Below are positions 1-11,850 of a stretch of 47,697 bases of DNA, one piece after another. A program made the translations under genes and the position numbers. The stretch's first letter is position 1. Each line of letters opens with the position of its first letter. The notes beneath the pieces were generated by a model. That model was given only the letters and a program-made list of their open reading frames with translations, made no database searches and was not told the DNA's origin. This DNA is from Ionaspis alba (lineage: Eukaryota), in the NCBI GenBank assembly GCA_964255285.1, contig CAXUUL010000043.1, forward strand, positions 1 to 47,697, given 5' to 3'.

Positions 1-120
1 TCTGAAATTGCTGCTACCAATACCAGTGATGGTACAGAAGTTGAGGCTCCTGATAATGGAAAGCTCAAAACCACCAACAGCGATGGAAAATCTGCCGATG
101 GCGATGAGCTCTCTGCATGA
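1..120 (+). CDS. 3' end of an upstream gene (partial), product unknown
   Basis: Frame 1 is open from base 1 (SEIAATNTSDGTEVEAPDNGKLKTTNSDGKSADGDELSA) to TGA at 118-120, with a protein-like acidic composition. Confidence 0.6.
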   Translation, partial: SEIAATNTSDGTEVEAPDNGKLKTTNSDGKSADGDELSA

Positions 121-470
121 ACTATCTATTTCATTCTCTGGTATAGAGTTCGGGAGGATGGTGTTCTTTGGTCTGAGCGCTTGAGCGATACATCGCCGGT
201 GACACATTTCAGCGATATGTCAGGCAGTATGGACTAAAATTGAGCTTTTTGAAAATAGGGTTGGAAATCTGAAAAGCTACAGACCGTTTGAACAGATAGA
301 TACGTATTCAGGTAGAAACTAGAATAATTTGTCTGGAAGCTTGATCTTGTGAATTGAAAACTTCATAACTTTTGCGGACTAGCGCGTACAACTTTCAATC
401 CGCAACAATCAGCAGCAAGCCTCATGAATTGCATCAATTGACAGGCCAGCTCGAGTTGCCTGGATCTAAA

Positions 471-1289
471 ATGGGTTTTCAACCTCTCCTGCGCAAGGTA
501 GCTTTCATCAGCCTGACCAATGGGTAAATGCTAACCACCATCAGCGCGCTGCGCTCCCAGCAGCGACGGCTATCTTCGCCGCGGGCACGCTGCTCCTGCC
601 CAAGACAACGCTCCATGCCGAAACACCCTCTGAACCAGTTGTACGTTCCCTTTCATACTAGTAGGATGTTCTCTAAAATTCTACAGGCGCTTCGCAAACC
701 CATCTATGACGACCTGCCTCCAATCCACAAGAACCCCAAACCCAACCCCTCAGAATCCACCAAACCGAGCTCGCCCACACCGACAGATCGCCTAGCTACG
801 CAAGTTCGGCGGGCACGCCTCTTCACCCACGCTCATGTCAAAGTTACCGAAAACCGCCTCAACGAGTTCATGTCCCGCATTCTGCATCTGGAATCCTCAT
901 TTACAAGCACAATTGCCTCCCTCGCCCCAGCACCAGAAACCCACGAACGTCTCCTCCCTGGCGCACTTTATGTCCTTGTATCAGCTATGGCCGGATCGAT
1001 CGTGACACGGAATCGCAACATTCTACTCAGGGCGAGCGTGCCGGTGGCGGTAGGGATTGGAGCTGGGTGGACACTGTTGCCAAATACAATGCGGAATGTG
1101 AGCGATTTGGTGTGGAAGGGAGAGGAGAAGGTGCCGATCCTGGCGGCGAACCATTTGAGGGTCAGAGGGGCGGTAATACAGGGCGCACATGAGGCAAAGG
1201 TCAGGGGTCAAGCGGTGAGGACATGGGCCGAGGAGAGGGTTGGAAGGGGGAGGGAGATCATAGAGGAATGGGTTAGACGGGGGCGGTAG
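471..1289 (+). CDS. MICOS complex subunit Mic26/Mic27 (apolipoprotein O family), 3 exons
   Basis: Exons 471-497, 545-640, 687-1289. Introns are GTAGCT..CTAAC..CAG and GTACGT..CAG, and frame is preserved. Motifs LRKPIYDD, SPTPTDRLA, LPGALYVLVSAMAGSIVTRNRNILLRA, LPNTMRNVSDL are typical of fungal ApoO/Mic26. Confidence 0.85.
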
Positions 1290-1649
1290 GTATGAGGATG
1301 TGCACTGTGGACTACATTCAGGACGCCCTCGATACGTAATATATATATACGATTCTGGTGCTGAAGAATCTGAAATGATTGATCCAATTGTTCCAATTTC
1401 GACTAGCTTTGGAATGGTTTCAAAAAGGGCCGCGGCTGCTCGGCCGGATCAATTCCTAAAAAATTCAAATATTACTCTTATGCAGCTTTCAAGGTCTGGC
1501 TCATCCTCTGTATATCTGCTAATAAGCTCGAGAAACCCAATGAAGAGTAAACATAAGGCTTACATTCACTATAATCTATAACACCTACATGAGGCTGCCC
1601 AAACTCAGGTACTGTAACCCTACATGAACAACATCCAGTCTCACAACAT

Positions 1650-4600
1650 TCAGAACTCCATCCTACCCAAACCCCTCTCTTTAACAGCCGCCTGCACACC
1701 GTCCTCTACTTCCTCTGCCGCGTGCTTCCAAGCCGGCTTCCCACCACCCTGATCCACGATCCACTTCAACCACTTCACGACCCCTGCAGCCTTTGCCATG
1801 TCCTTCTCTTCCAGCACGACTCGTCGCAGGTATTTTACCAATGCTCCGACATCCTCCTCGTCTGGCGCCTCGTCATCAAAGGCCTCAACCCAGGCCCTGA
1901 CCGCCTCTCTAAGCTCTGGTAGCGAGCTCAACTTCTTACTCGTAAACGTTGGTCGCCTTGGACGAGGAGGAAGCCGAACACGTCGTTGAGGCAAGGCACC
2001 GCGGTGTGGCGGTGGCCTTTGCGGTCTACGGCGTGCGATATCGAGCCCGGAGCGTTTCTTTAATCGGTCACGACGTTGCTGTGCAAGGACTTCAGCACGG
2101 ATATCTTCTGGCAGGGCGGCAAGGAAATCGGGAGCTATATCCTCTGTAATGCCAGATGTGGGCCCTGACGTGCCGTTTGAGCGCGTGGCCACAAAATTAG
2201 ATTGGGTGAGAGTGGAGTTGGAATCGATTCGCTTGGCGCGACCTCGCGAAAGCAAGCCGGCCCTTTTCTTGGTAGGGGTGGACTTTTTCGTTGGGAGCTT
2301 GATAGAACGAGCTTTTCGTGGTGACTGAGGGAGGACAGCTTGCGCAGGTGGCTTGATAGGCGAAGGCTTCCGGTAGAAAGTCAGAACTTCGTCGCGTAGA
2401 TCTGCGGGGAGCGCCGCAAGCGATTCAGGATCGAGCTGGGAAGCAGGAGGAAGGAAGTCAGGGGGCAGAGACGGGGAATGTGATCGCGAGGGCGGCGCGG
2501 AAGGAGTCTGTGGACGGGTGTTGGTGTGTGTTGGGCCGGCTTTGGAGAGCAGTCTTGATCTGATGTCCGCTGGAAGCTCGGCTAGAACCTGGGGATCGAC
2601 TTGGGAAGGCATGATGAATTGAGTCCCGAGTGTGTTGAGCAAGGACTGACTTTCCACAGGTTTTGACTTTGAAGCTGTAAGGCTGGTCGACTGTTGCAAC
2701 GGAGGCTCGTGTGGTTTCTGCGGACTTTCGATCTCCGTTATTGGGTCCGCGGAGGTTTTCGAAGTCACGGCTGCAGATGGTAACTTGAAATTCAGGCGTT
2801 TCTGACTGCCATCAACTCCATGTTCCGTAGTGGCTTTGATAGGCTCTAGCCTTGTCATCTGAACTCCGATGCCCCTTAGCTCACCGGGTGGAAAGCCCCA
2901 ACCATGCATGATTGATAACGCTTCGCGACCTAATACATCCTTTTCACTTGTTGCGACCCCCAGCACAATGCTTTTGTTAAAAGTGTCGCATTTACCGTGT
3001 CCTAGATGCTTTGGAGGATCCAACGGAGTATCTGCGGCCCGTCTCATTATTTTCATGGTCAGCTGACGACCTTTGACACCTTCATTAACCAGTCGTTTCT
3101 GTAATTCTTCACATAGGCACAGAACGAACTCATCGGCTTGCTCCTGAGTAGCAAAACGAACGCCCCAATTCACCTCCGCAGACACAGACTTACGTACGAC
3201 TTGATCACCGACCTCTGCGCGGTCTATGCCTCTGGAATAGTCCCATATTTTCTCCCCAGTCTTCGGTCCCAAGGTCGTTGTCAATCGCTCCTTCGAGAGA
3301 TTACGAATGTCTTTCACGAATTTGACCCCAATCTCTTCGAGCTTGCCACCGATACTATAGGCCACACCTGGGAGATCCTGCACTGTTAAATCGCCAATGA
3401 AATCGAGTACCTGATCGGGCTTCACGTGGTACTGGCCTGCGGGCTTCGCTTTCCTCAGAGCCACCTTGGCCAGCAGTATGTTTCCGCCTATTCCTACTGA
3501 TACCGCACAGCCTGTTTTTTGTTGTATCTGATCGCGGAGACTATTAGCAATCTCATCCGCCTTAGCCTGCTCTCGCCAGATGCTGCCCTCATGGACCCCT
3601 TTGCCATCATGACCCCCAGCTTCGATGCAGGAAAGGCTGATATCGACTAGTGCCTCATCAATGCTGACACTTTGAACAATTCCTCCGGTATCGATTACTG
3701 CTTCATAGAAGTCTCTCGAAGCTGCTTCATAAGCCTTGAAGTCGTATGGTAAGACTTTGAGATTTGGACAGAGTTGCTGGGCAGTTTTCATCCACATCCC
3801 GTTCTTGACCCCATAGTTCCTCGCTGGATAGTTGCAGCTGGCAATTTCTGAGCCTGAACCTCCACCATGAGCGACAACCACTGGTTTGTCAACATATTCT
3901 GGATGCTTTCTCAGAGAAACCGCTGCAAAGAAACTATCAAAGTCCACATGGAGAACGTATCGTCTTGAGCCAGGGGGTCGTTTCTGGCGGGACTTTTGAG
4001 AGGAGGATTTCTCTGCAGCTAATGCCTGCATTTGTGACTTCAGTTCAGCCTTCCAAGCCGACAGATGGTGAAGTCGGGATTCTTCGTAGTATTGCTTAAG
4101 GAATCCAGGATTGACGACGGTTGACTTCCATATCTTGGGATCGGATAGGAGTATGGCATTATGCTCTTCAGCGGTCAAACTGGCTTTCTTAGACGGTGAA
4201 GCTTCCTCTTCGTCCTGTTTGCCCGTAGTCTCAAGTTGCAAATTGTGAGAGGCTGTGTCCAGCGTGTAATCGGTCACTTCTTGATCAGGAGTCCTTTGGC
4301 CGGTTGGCACGTTCTGTGGAAGTCCATTATCCACGATCACTTTGGCGTTGTGGGTTTGCGAACCTGAAGCATATATGGAACCACTCTGGGACGGATCATG
4401 TTTAGTAGCTGGATCTGAACTTGCGGCTAAAGATAGCGAGAGCTCGTCGACATCACCTTCATCAAGGTATTTTTGTGCAGGGTATTTTGGAGGATCTGTG
4501 GATGATGTATTTGCCAAGTCTTGTTCACTCCCCTTTCTGTTCAAGGCTTCCGCTATATCCCTAATCTGGCTGGTATACCAACTAGCATCGGTTTGATCAC

Positions 4601-5132
4601 GGTATCCGGCACTTTGGCTTGTCATTTGGCTGACCACATTACCATTCTCGAACGCAATGATATGCTGACCAACTCCTTCATCTAACACCCTGTACCCATC
4701 CCATGAAAGAAGCTTCCCAGCCTTTATGCTGTCCACAACCCAGGCCGGTTTCACGATACGGTATCTGCGGAACTCGATTTTCTTCCTCGGTGTAAGATTG
4801 CTTGCGATTATATGTGTCACTGTAGTCTTCCCATCCAGGTATTGCATAAAGCCACCGCCATGATCAACTATCATCGCATGGAGATCATTCAGCGAAGGTT
4901 GTGTATAACCATTGACATGCGCCACCACACCACGGAAGATCTGAGGATTATTCGATGTAGTAGATCGGCGTTGAGCGTCGAGGTTCTGCAGCTTGATCTT
5001 TTTCCTGCGAAAATAATCCGTGAAGCCACCAAACTTGGAGGGCTCATACTCTTCGCCTTCTTCGTTTTCGAATGTGTGCTTCTCGATCCTCTTCCGAACG
5101 GCCGAGGAGTTGGCCTCGAGCCGTGATCCCAT
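1650..5132 (-). CDS. REV1: DNA repair protein Rev1 (Y-family deoxycytidyl transferase), intronless
   Basis: N-terminal BRCT (VNGYTQP...IVKPAWVVDSI), N-digit SRLHHLS, catalytic HVDFDSFF / SCNYPAR / SIDEA, little finger RKSVSAEVNWG, three UBM-like motifs and a C-terminal helical domain. First ATG is at 5132. Confidence 0.97.
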   Translation of the reverse strand: MGSRLEANSSAVRKRIEKHTFENEEGEEYEPSKFGGFTDYFRRKKIKLQNLDAQRRSTTSNNPQIFRGVVAHVNGYTQPSLNDLHAMIVDHGGGFMQYLDGKTTVTHIIASNLTPRKKIEFRRYRIVKPAWVVDSIKAGKLLSWDGYRVLDEGVGQHIIAFENGNVVSQMTSQSAGYRDQTDASWYTSQIRDIAEALNRKGSEQDLANTSSTDPPKYPAQKYLDEGDVDELSLSLAASSDPATKHDPSQSGSIYASGSQTHNAKVIVDNGLPQNVPTGQRTPDQEVTDYTLDTASHNLQLETTGKQDEEEASPSKKASLTAEEHNAILLSDPKIWKSTVVNPGFLKQYYEESRLHHLSAWKAELKSQMQALAAEKSSSQKSRQKRPPGSRRYVLHVDFDSFFAAVSLRKHPEYVDKPVVVAHGGGSGSEIASCNYPARNYGVKNGMWMKTAQQLCPNLKVLPYDFKAYEAASRDFYEAVIDTGGIVQSVSIDEALVDISLSCIEAGGHDGKGVHEGSIWREQAKADEIANSLRDQIQQKTGCAVSVGIGGNILLAKVALRKAKPAGQYHVKPDQVLDFIGDLTVQDLPGVAYSIGGKLEEIGVKFVKDIRNLSKERLTTTLGPKTGEKIWDYSRGIDRAEVGDQVVRKSVSAEVNWGVRFATQEQADEFVLCLCEELQKRLVNEGVKGRQLTMKIMRRAADTPLDPPKHLGHGKCDTFNKSIVLGVATSEKDVLGREALSIMHGWGFPPGELRGIGVQMTRLEPIKATTEHGVDGSQKRLNFKLPSAAVTSKTSADPITEIESPQKPHEPPLQQSTSLTASKSKPVESQSLLNTLGTQFIMPSQVDPQVLAELPADIRSRLLSKAGPTHTNTRPQTPSAPPSRSHSPSLPPDFLPPASQLDPESLAALPADLRDEVLTFYRKPSPIKPPAQAVLPQSPRKARSIKLPTKKSTPTKKRAGLLSRGRAKRIDSNSTLTQSNFVATRSNGTSGPTSGITEDIAPDFLAALPEDIRAEVLAQQRRDRLKKRSGLDIARRRPQRPPPHRGALPQRRVRLPPRPRRPTFTSKKLSSLPELREAVRAWVEAFDDEAPDEEDVGALVKYLRRVVLEEKDMAKAAGVVKWLKWIVDQGGGKPAWKHAAEEVEDGVQAAVKERGLGRMEF

Positions 5133-5526
5133 TTTCACTCCTACATTCCATGCCTGACCACAGGATAGGGTCCACAGTATGCTGCACTCGGGAGAGTGAT
5201 GTGGGTGGCGACGGATTTCTTAGACATAGTTGGGTCTCTTTCCCTTGATAGTAGACTAGTAGAATATTTCACGATGTCAAAAAGCGCGCTTCAACGCGCA
5301 GGCTCCAATGAGGGCTAAACGATTAGGGCTAGCGTCATGATTTCGATACACACTGATAGTGCGGGAAAAAGTTTTAGGGCGGAAGCTCGTCAAGCTCGAG
5401 GTCAACACCAGCTCCCACAGCGGCAAGATCTTACTTCCACCCACCCTCGTTCACGGAGGAATATCTTAGAGCTCAACAGCGTAAGGTGAAGGCAACATCT
5501 TCCAAAATCGACAGAGGTATATCACA
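5133..5526. promoter_or_regulatory. Divergent REV1/FPR4 promoter (~395 bp)
   Basis: Head-to-head ATGs at 5132 (-) and 5527 (+). CGCG cores at 5285 and 5295, GCGGGAAAA at 5361, AGGGC motifs at 5311-5330 and 5375-5380. Confidence 0.6.
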
Positions 5527-7359
5527 ATGTCGGGTTTACTTCCTGCCGCAGTTTACGGACTCGAAGTCCCCTCTGGAGATGTTATGATCCCCGCGGTAGG
5601 TGCACTTTCTCCCTGTCATAATGTTTAGAAGAAGCTGACAGAGATAGATACCTGACTTCCCAGCATCGGTATGTTTTGTAAGATGCTACTACGCATCTTT
5701 CTATGCTTTTAATGTCTTTTATTAACCGAACCAATTGTCAATCAAGTTTCGTATCACCATGGCTGCTATCGACCCCAGCGCAGAACCCGAATTTTCAGGG
5801 ACTGCTACTGGTGACAGTGCCGTCCGGGCTACTCTCAAGCTCATCCGACAGCCGATGGGCATGGACGACGACGAAGATTCGGAAGGAGACTCTGACGATG
5901 ACGACTACCTTCAAACTCTTCTCAATGGCGACGGATCGGATGTTGATGATGATGATGAATCTTCAAGTGACGAAGAAAAGAACGGAGGTCCCAGTGATCC
6001 TTCCAAGACTAAAAAGGCCCGTAAAGAAGCGGCGATAGAGCAACTCAAGAAAGCCCTTGCGGAAAACGACGACGATGACATGAGTGTCGATGGTCTGGAT
6101 GGTGCCAATGGGGCTGTATCGAAGATCAACAAGGGAAAGGCCAAGGCAACTGGTGAGGAGGAAGACGCGAGCGACGAGGATGACTCCGAAGATCTGGAGA
6201 TCGAAGAGTTTGTTATTTGCACCTTGGATCCATCCAAGGTCTGTCGTGCCAATTTGATATATCCCATACTGTCCGTACCTGCTGACATTATCTAATAGAA
6301 TTACCAACAACCCCTCGATATCACCATTGGCGAAGATGAGCGCGTCTTCTTCAAAGTTTCAGGGACTCACACAATCTACCTGACTGGCAACTATGTGATA
6401 CCTGTCGACGATGGTCATAACCACCAACACGAGATCTATGACGGCGAGGATGGTGGAGAAGACTACGATCTCTCTCCAGATGAGGATGAGCTTGATGATG
6501 AGGAAGAGAGTGACGAATTGGATGCTCTTGAAGATCCACGAGTCGCTGAGGTTAATTCTGAGGAGGAAGCAGAAGCGCCGAAGCTTGTCAAGAGCAAAGA
6601 ACAGTCGAAGAAGGGTAAGAACAAGCGACCTGCTGCAGATTCCGATGAAGAGGAGCCTTCTGGTCTTGATGATATTATGGCCAAGTCCTTGAAACCTGAG
6701 GCTCCTGTCACCAACGGGGAACCCAAGTTGAGCAAGAAGCAGATGAAGAAGCTCAAGAATAATGCCGGCGAGGCTGTAACCACTGCTACAGGAAGCAAAG
6801 GTGTGAAGAAAGACGAGCCGTCGACCGATAGTCCAAACAGCAAGAAGGTTCAGTTCGCGAAGGAATTAGAGCAGGGTCCTTCAAGCGTCAAGAACGAGTC
6901 CAAAACTCAAGCTACTACCGATAAGAAGACGGAAAAGAAGGAAGGCGAAAAGCAGAAGGCAACGCTAGGCATCAAAACAGTTCAGGGTGTTAAGATTGAT
7001 GACAAGAAGCTGGGAACAGGTCCTGCTGCTAAGAAGGGTGACAAGGTTGGTATGAGATACATCGGCAAGCTACAAGACGGCAAGGTCTTTGATGGTAAGT
7101 TCCACTTCCTAAAAGGCCTTTTTTTGGAGAAGGTTGTATTAACCCTAATTCAGCCAACAAGAAGGGTAAGCCATTCAGCTTCAAGCTAGGCGCTGGCGAA
7201 GTCATCAAAGGTTGGGACATTGGAGTCGCAGGCATGTCAATTGGAGGAGAGCGTCGAATGACCATCCCAGCCTCCCTTGCGTACGGTAACAAAGAAGTGC
7301 CTGGGATTCCTCGCAACTCTCAACTGATCTTCGACGTGAAGTTGCTTGAGATAAACTAG
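5527..7359 (+). CDS. FPR4: Nucleolar FK506-binding protein (nucleoplasmin-like domain + acidic/basic tracts + FKBP PPIase), Fpr3/Fpr4 type, 5 exons
   Basis: Exons 5527-5595, 5648-5668, 5747-6238, 6299-7094, 7154-7359. NPL motifs [44 protein letters not shown] motif MRYIGKL..GKVFD...[26 protein letters not shown]. Confidence 0.95.
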
Positions 7360-8251
7360 TGGTGTCTGTTCTGTGCTTACCAACTTGTGGATGTTTTCAG
7401 CCGAACTAGATGGTTTTGATGGCTTCCCAGTGCTGTTTCTCGTTACGTTCAATGCGTCAATTCACATCACTTCAGAGATATCCGACTTGCGTTTGTTTCA
7501 AGCATAGCAGGAATGAGGATATTTACGGAGTTGGTTAAAAAGTTTAGCCTGTAAATTACTGTCTTATTGCGCCTAGGATAGCTGTACATAGTTCGCTGCA
7601 TGTCACGCTCAATGAAATAATGTAGAACATCCTATGTCCCAGGAATCTGATATAGCACATACAACTAGACCTTGGGGAATCTCAGTCGTTGGTTCCCAAT
7701 TGGAGCACCTCATGTATACCAGGTCGTAGCGCAAACAGCGCAGAGAACTTTTCATTGGAGCTATGAATTTGTCAACTCGGCCATCCCCGGCCCTTAAGCT
7801 CATCAACCGGCGCAACAACGTGTCTGTATTGTTTCGCAATGTACGCAGACTATATAACGTTGATTGCCTGTTCTTGCAAGAATTCTGTCATGAGCATGTT
7901 AAGATATCATGAATCAACCATGGTAAAAACACCTCTACTCCATGAAAAGGCTCGCCGAAGCTATACATCAATTCCGGAAAGGGCGATATGGGGTTCTCTT
8001 TCACCATCAATCTTTCTTGCCTTTCTTGTGGTCTTTTTATCCATCGGTGCCTCTTTCTTGATCCAAGGGCCTGATTTGCGCTTGATTTTTTGGTTCTCTG
8101 CCGCTACATTGCTTTTTGGAGTATTGCTCAGCATCGACTCTGGAGCAACATTACTAAAGCTGTTTCTATATCTTCTGCAGTACTTTAGCATCTGCATTCT
8201 CAGCCAGTCACTGTTTCGTCTCTGGCAAGCTCTTTCTACTCAATAGCCACC

Positions 8252-11200
8252 ATGTCGAGCCAGAAGAGAAAAGGACATTGGGCATACAGCAGCCTGTTCG
8301 GCTCGAGGGCAGCTAATAAGATAGTTATAGTCGAGCATCCTCCCACTGAAACATCGCTTTGTCGAGACGTGCCTTTTGAAGAGAAATTGAGAGGTGCCGA
8401 TGGCAGAGATCGCCGTCCGAAGGCCGACCGTGGATCTAGATTCCGACGTAGTGGGTCGAAGGTACTCTCAATGCTGGGTATCAGGTACTCGAGTGGTGAG
8501 CTCCACAGGTCCGAAAACTCATCAAAAGGCTGCTGACATCCTTAAGGTAGCAAAGTTGGAAACCACTCCTCGAGCACTCCAAGTGAACGTGATATAGCGC
8601 TCGCAATCGTTATGGACGCAGCATTACCGCCTCTGACAGAGACATCCCCTGCAGGAGCCCGAAATATCCATCATATCAAAAAGAGACCATCCAAACAACG
8701 TATCGTAACTCCAATTTCTCCAAATGGTCCTCCATTCCAGATGCCATCTTCTGTGATACCTGATATCCAGTCATCGATCGGTGCCGAAAGTGTCCCATAC
8801 GAGCTTGAGCAGGTCCGAATTGTCCCCTTAGAGGTCACTGCGAGAAGGAAAGATCCTGCTGGTCTGCGACAAAGCAGATCGATGCCTGGCTTGGCACACC
8901 AGATATCACACAAGTTATCTAGTACATTTGGGAACCCGACTATCGTTCACCGACCAAATCTGCGCAGTAGACCAAGCCTTCAGTCGATGAACGATGTTCC
9001 ACCTTTATCTACTAGCCCGACTGTCCAGGAGGCGGCCTCCCCGACTACGACGGATCCATCAAGCTTCAACCACAGCTGGAGCGTATCCCCATCGGATAGA
9101 TCAACTCCGAAGACTTCCTTGGACTCTAACGTTGCATCACTGCGGTCGGGGAAGGCTAAGGACCGCTCTGACAAACCTCCAAATCAGAGCTACCCATCGA
9201 CCATTATCGAGAAAGACTATCCAGAGAAACCCTTAACACCCATACAAGAGTCCCCGTTTTTGGTGCAGCCTACTATTGTGACGGTAGAGACCACTGCAAA
9301 TGCGAAGATATTCTTTGAAACCCATTTCAACACAATATTGTCAGGGCAGGCTAGCTCGCGGTCCATTCGCCGACAAGAACTCGAGATGAAACTGCAGGCG
9401 GAAACTCTGTCTGTAGAGCAGCGGCACCAGGAACGCAGCATCTGGGCGGACCGCGAAAGCGAGCATCTACGCCAATCCCGAGTACTAAAAAGTAAAAGCA
9501 ATCATGTACGGCGTAGACAGGGCGTAGCGGTCGCCGGTTACGAGGTCGTGAGAATTCTGGGCAAGGGGAGCTTTGGCGTCGTGAGACTTGTCCGTGAGAA
9601 AGAGTATGAAGCCCGTCACTCGTCCTCTGCCGAAACTACCGCAGCCAGAAATTCTACGAGTGACCTCCCAAACTTGAGGATGACGGCCATCAGTGCAATC
9701 AAATCCTTCAACGGATCAGCCCAGCGGACAGCCTCGACCAGGCGTCATCGGGAAGTATATGCGATGAAGGTGATTCGCAAGTCTGACATGCTACGTAACA
9801 GTCAAGAAGGTCATCTCCGGGCTGAACGAGATTTCTTGGTCGCTTCTGAAAAATCTAGGTGGGTAGTACCGCTCATCGCAAGCTTCCAAGATGATACCAA
9901 CCTCTATCTTGTCATGGAGTACATGATTGGAGGGGACTTCCTCGGTCTTCTGATCAGGAAAGAACAATTGAAGGAGAAGAAGACACAATGGTACATTGCA
10001 GAAATGATATTATGCATTGAGGAGGCCCATCGACTCAGATGGATTCACAGGGACGTCAAGCCGGACAACTTCCTGATCACAGCCTCAGGTCACCTTAAGA
10101 TATCAGACTTCGGCCTTGCATTTGACGGTCATTGGGCACACGATCAAAGCTATTTCAACAATCACCGCTACTCTTTACTCGAGAGGCTTGGAATCAAAGT
10201 CGAGGGCGATGCGATTGACCGAGCTGAGAATAACAAGTCAATTGCCGGCAAGAAACTAGCCAAGATTCTAATGGGAGGAAGAGAACGTCACGAAAAGCCT
10301 ACCGCGGACGAACCTGGTGAGAACGAGCCTATCCTAGAGTGGAGAAATCGAAACGGCAAACGCAAGCTTGCAAAGAGTGTGGTCGGCACCAGTCAGTACA
10401 TGGCACCAGAAGTGATTCGTGGTGAGCTCTATGATGGCCGTTGTGACTGGTGGAGCATTGGCATCATCATGTACGAGGTGAGAGTTATTAAAGGTATTAA
10501 AATGTAAACATCACACTGAACCGGAATAGTGCTTGTATGGCTGGACTCCTTTTGTTGGAGAGGATAGACAGGATACAAAGGCTAAGATTCTGGTTCGAAA
10601 TATATCACCGTATACAAGGGTATGGGATACTGATAATACACAGAACCACCATGAAAGCTTCGAGTTCCCTCCCTCTGCCTCAACATCCAAGAGATACAAG
10701 GTCTCATTCGAAGCCAAGGACCTCATCAACAGGATGTTGCAAGAAAAGGAGCACCGTTTGTGCTCAAAGAAGTATGCCATAAACGATCAACAACAGCAGA
10801 CCAAACGATTGGCGGGAAAGACGAGTTCTTCGAATCTCAGGGTGCAGGATTATCAAGGCCATTTCGTGTTCCCGGACGATGCCACTGACATCAAAGCACA
10901 TCCATTCTTCACCGGAATCCCATGGGAGCGATTACATCTCACCAAGCCTCCTGAAGTACCGGTAGTGAAGAGCCGTTATGACACCAAGTACTTTGATGAG
11001 GAAGATCCTATTAGTGAAGTTGATGATGCTTCGAGCAATGACAGCATACGTGAGGAGGAGCTCCAAGCACAAGAAGCTTATGAAGCCGAAATTGCAGCAA
11101 ACTTTGAAAGAGAGGCTGCCGAAAACGGTGGTAATGGAATGGATTTCAACGCTCTACAGACCGCCAACAATTCGGCTAAGGCAAGGGCCGAGACACCTGG

Positions 11201-11429
11201 AACGGTCATTGCGAGCAAGACGATAGGTAAGACCAAGGAGAAGAAGCGTCCAAGAGACCGTATCCTAAGGGACAAGAGTGTTGCTAGACAGGTAATGGAG
11301 CTGCGTAAGAAAGGCGCTTTCCTTGGATACACATATCGTCGACCGCGGGCCTTAGCATCCAGCGTTGAGAGTGTTAGAATTGGAAGAGAAAGCGTATCTC
11401 GGCGAGGCAGAATTCCGAGCGTCCATTGA
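8252..11429 (+). CDS. AGC/NDR-family Ser/Thr protein kinase (divergent from Cot1/Cbk1; probably Puk1/Stk-21-like)
   Basis: Introns 8496-8546, ~10478-10529, 10593-10643. Motifs LGKGSFGVV, YAMKVIRK, AERDFL, IHRDVKPDN, ISDFGL, a long VII-VIII insert, SVVGTSQYMAPE, CDWWS, and the C-terminal hydrophobic motif FLGYTYRR. Confidence 0.92.
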
Positions 11430-11850
11430 TTGAGGCGTTGGATTACTCAACCTAAATCTACCAGGATCACAGAAGCGGCTTCGTTCCGCTCTAGGGCCTC
11501 CCTCATCATGCGGGTATGTGTTCTTTTCCGTGTATCAGTATACTCTACCTGTTATGGAGGGAGAGAACAGAGTGATCGAAGAATGTGTCCTATTATTCTA
11601 CCCTGAATTCCCATTCGTCAAAGATAACTACTAGTGATTAAACATTAGACGTATGGATTCCCAGACCCGCTCAAATCTCTAAGAGGTATCCACAAATAAC
11701 GCTCAGAAATCGCCGTCCAAACCCAGTCAAGCAGACAGCTCTCTCTAATCTTACGCCTTCATCCGTCTATCGTCTTTCGAGCGCCGCATGAGCCTCTGTC
11801 CAAGAATACCCGCTAAGTTCTTACACCCGAGAACATGTATAACTGTTCCA

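Noticed and set aside
7138..7150. TAACCCTAA, matching the fungal telomerase RNA template/telomere repeat
   Set aside because: Single copy inside the last FPR4 intron, overlapping its branch point. No repeat array or room for a telomerase RNA.
7609..8197. Minus-strand ORFs 7961-8197 (K/R-rich) and 7609-7839 as a possible spliced orphan gene
   Set aside because: No recognisable domain, no clean splice joining, and the start lies only 55 bp from the kinase ATG. The composition is the mirror of a T-rich plus strand.
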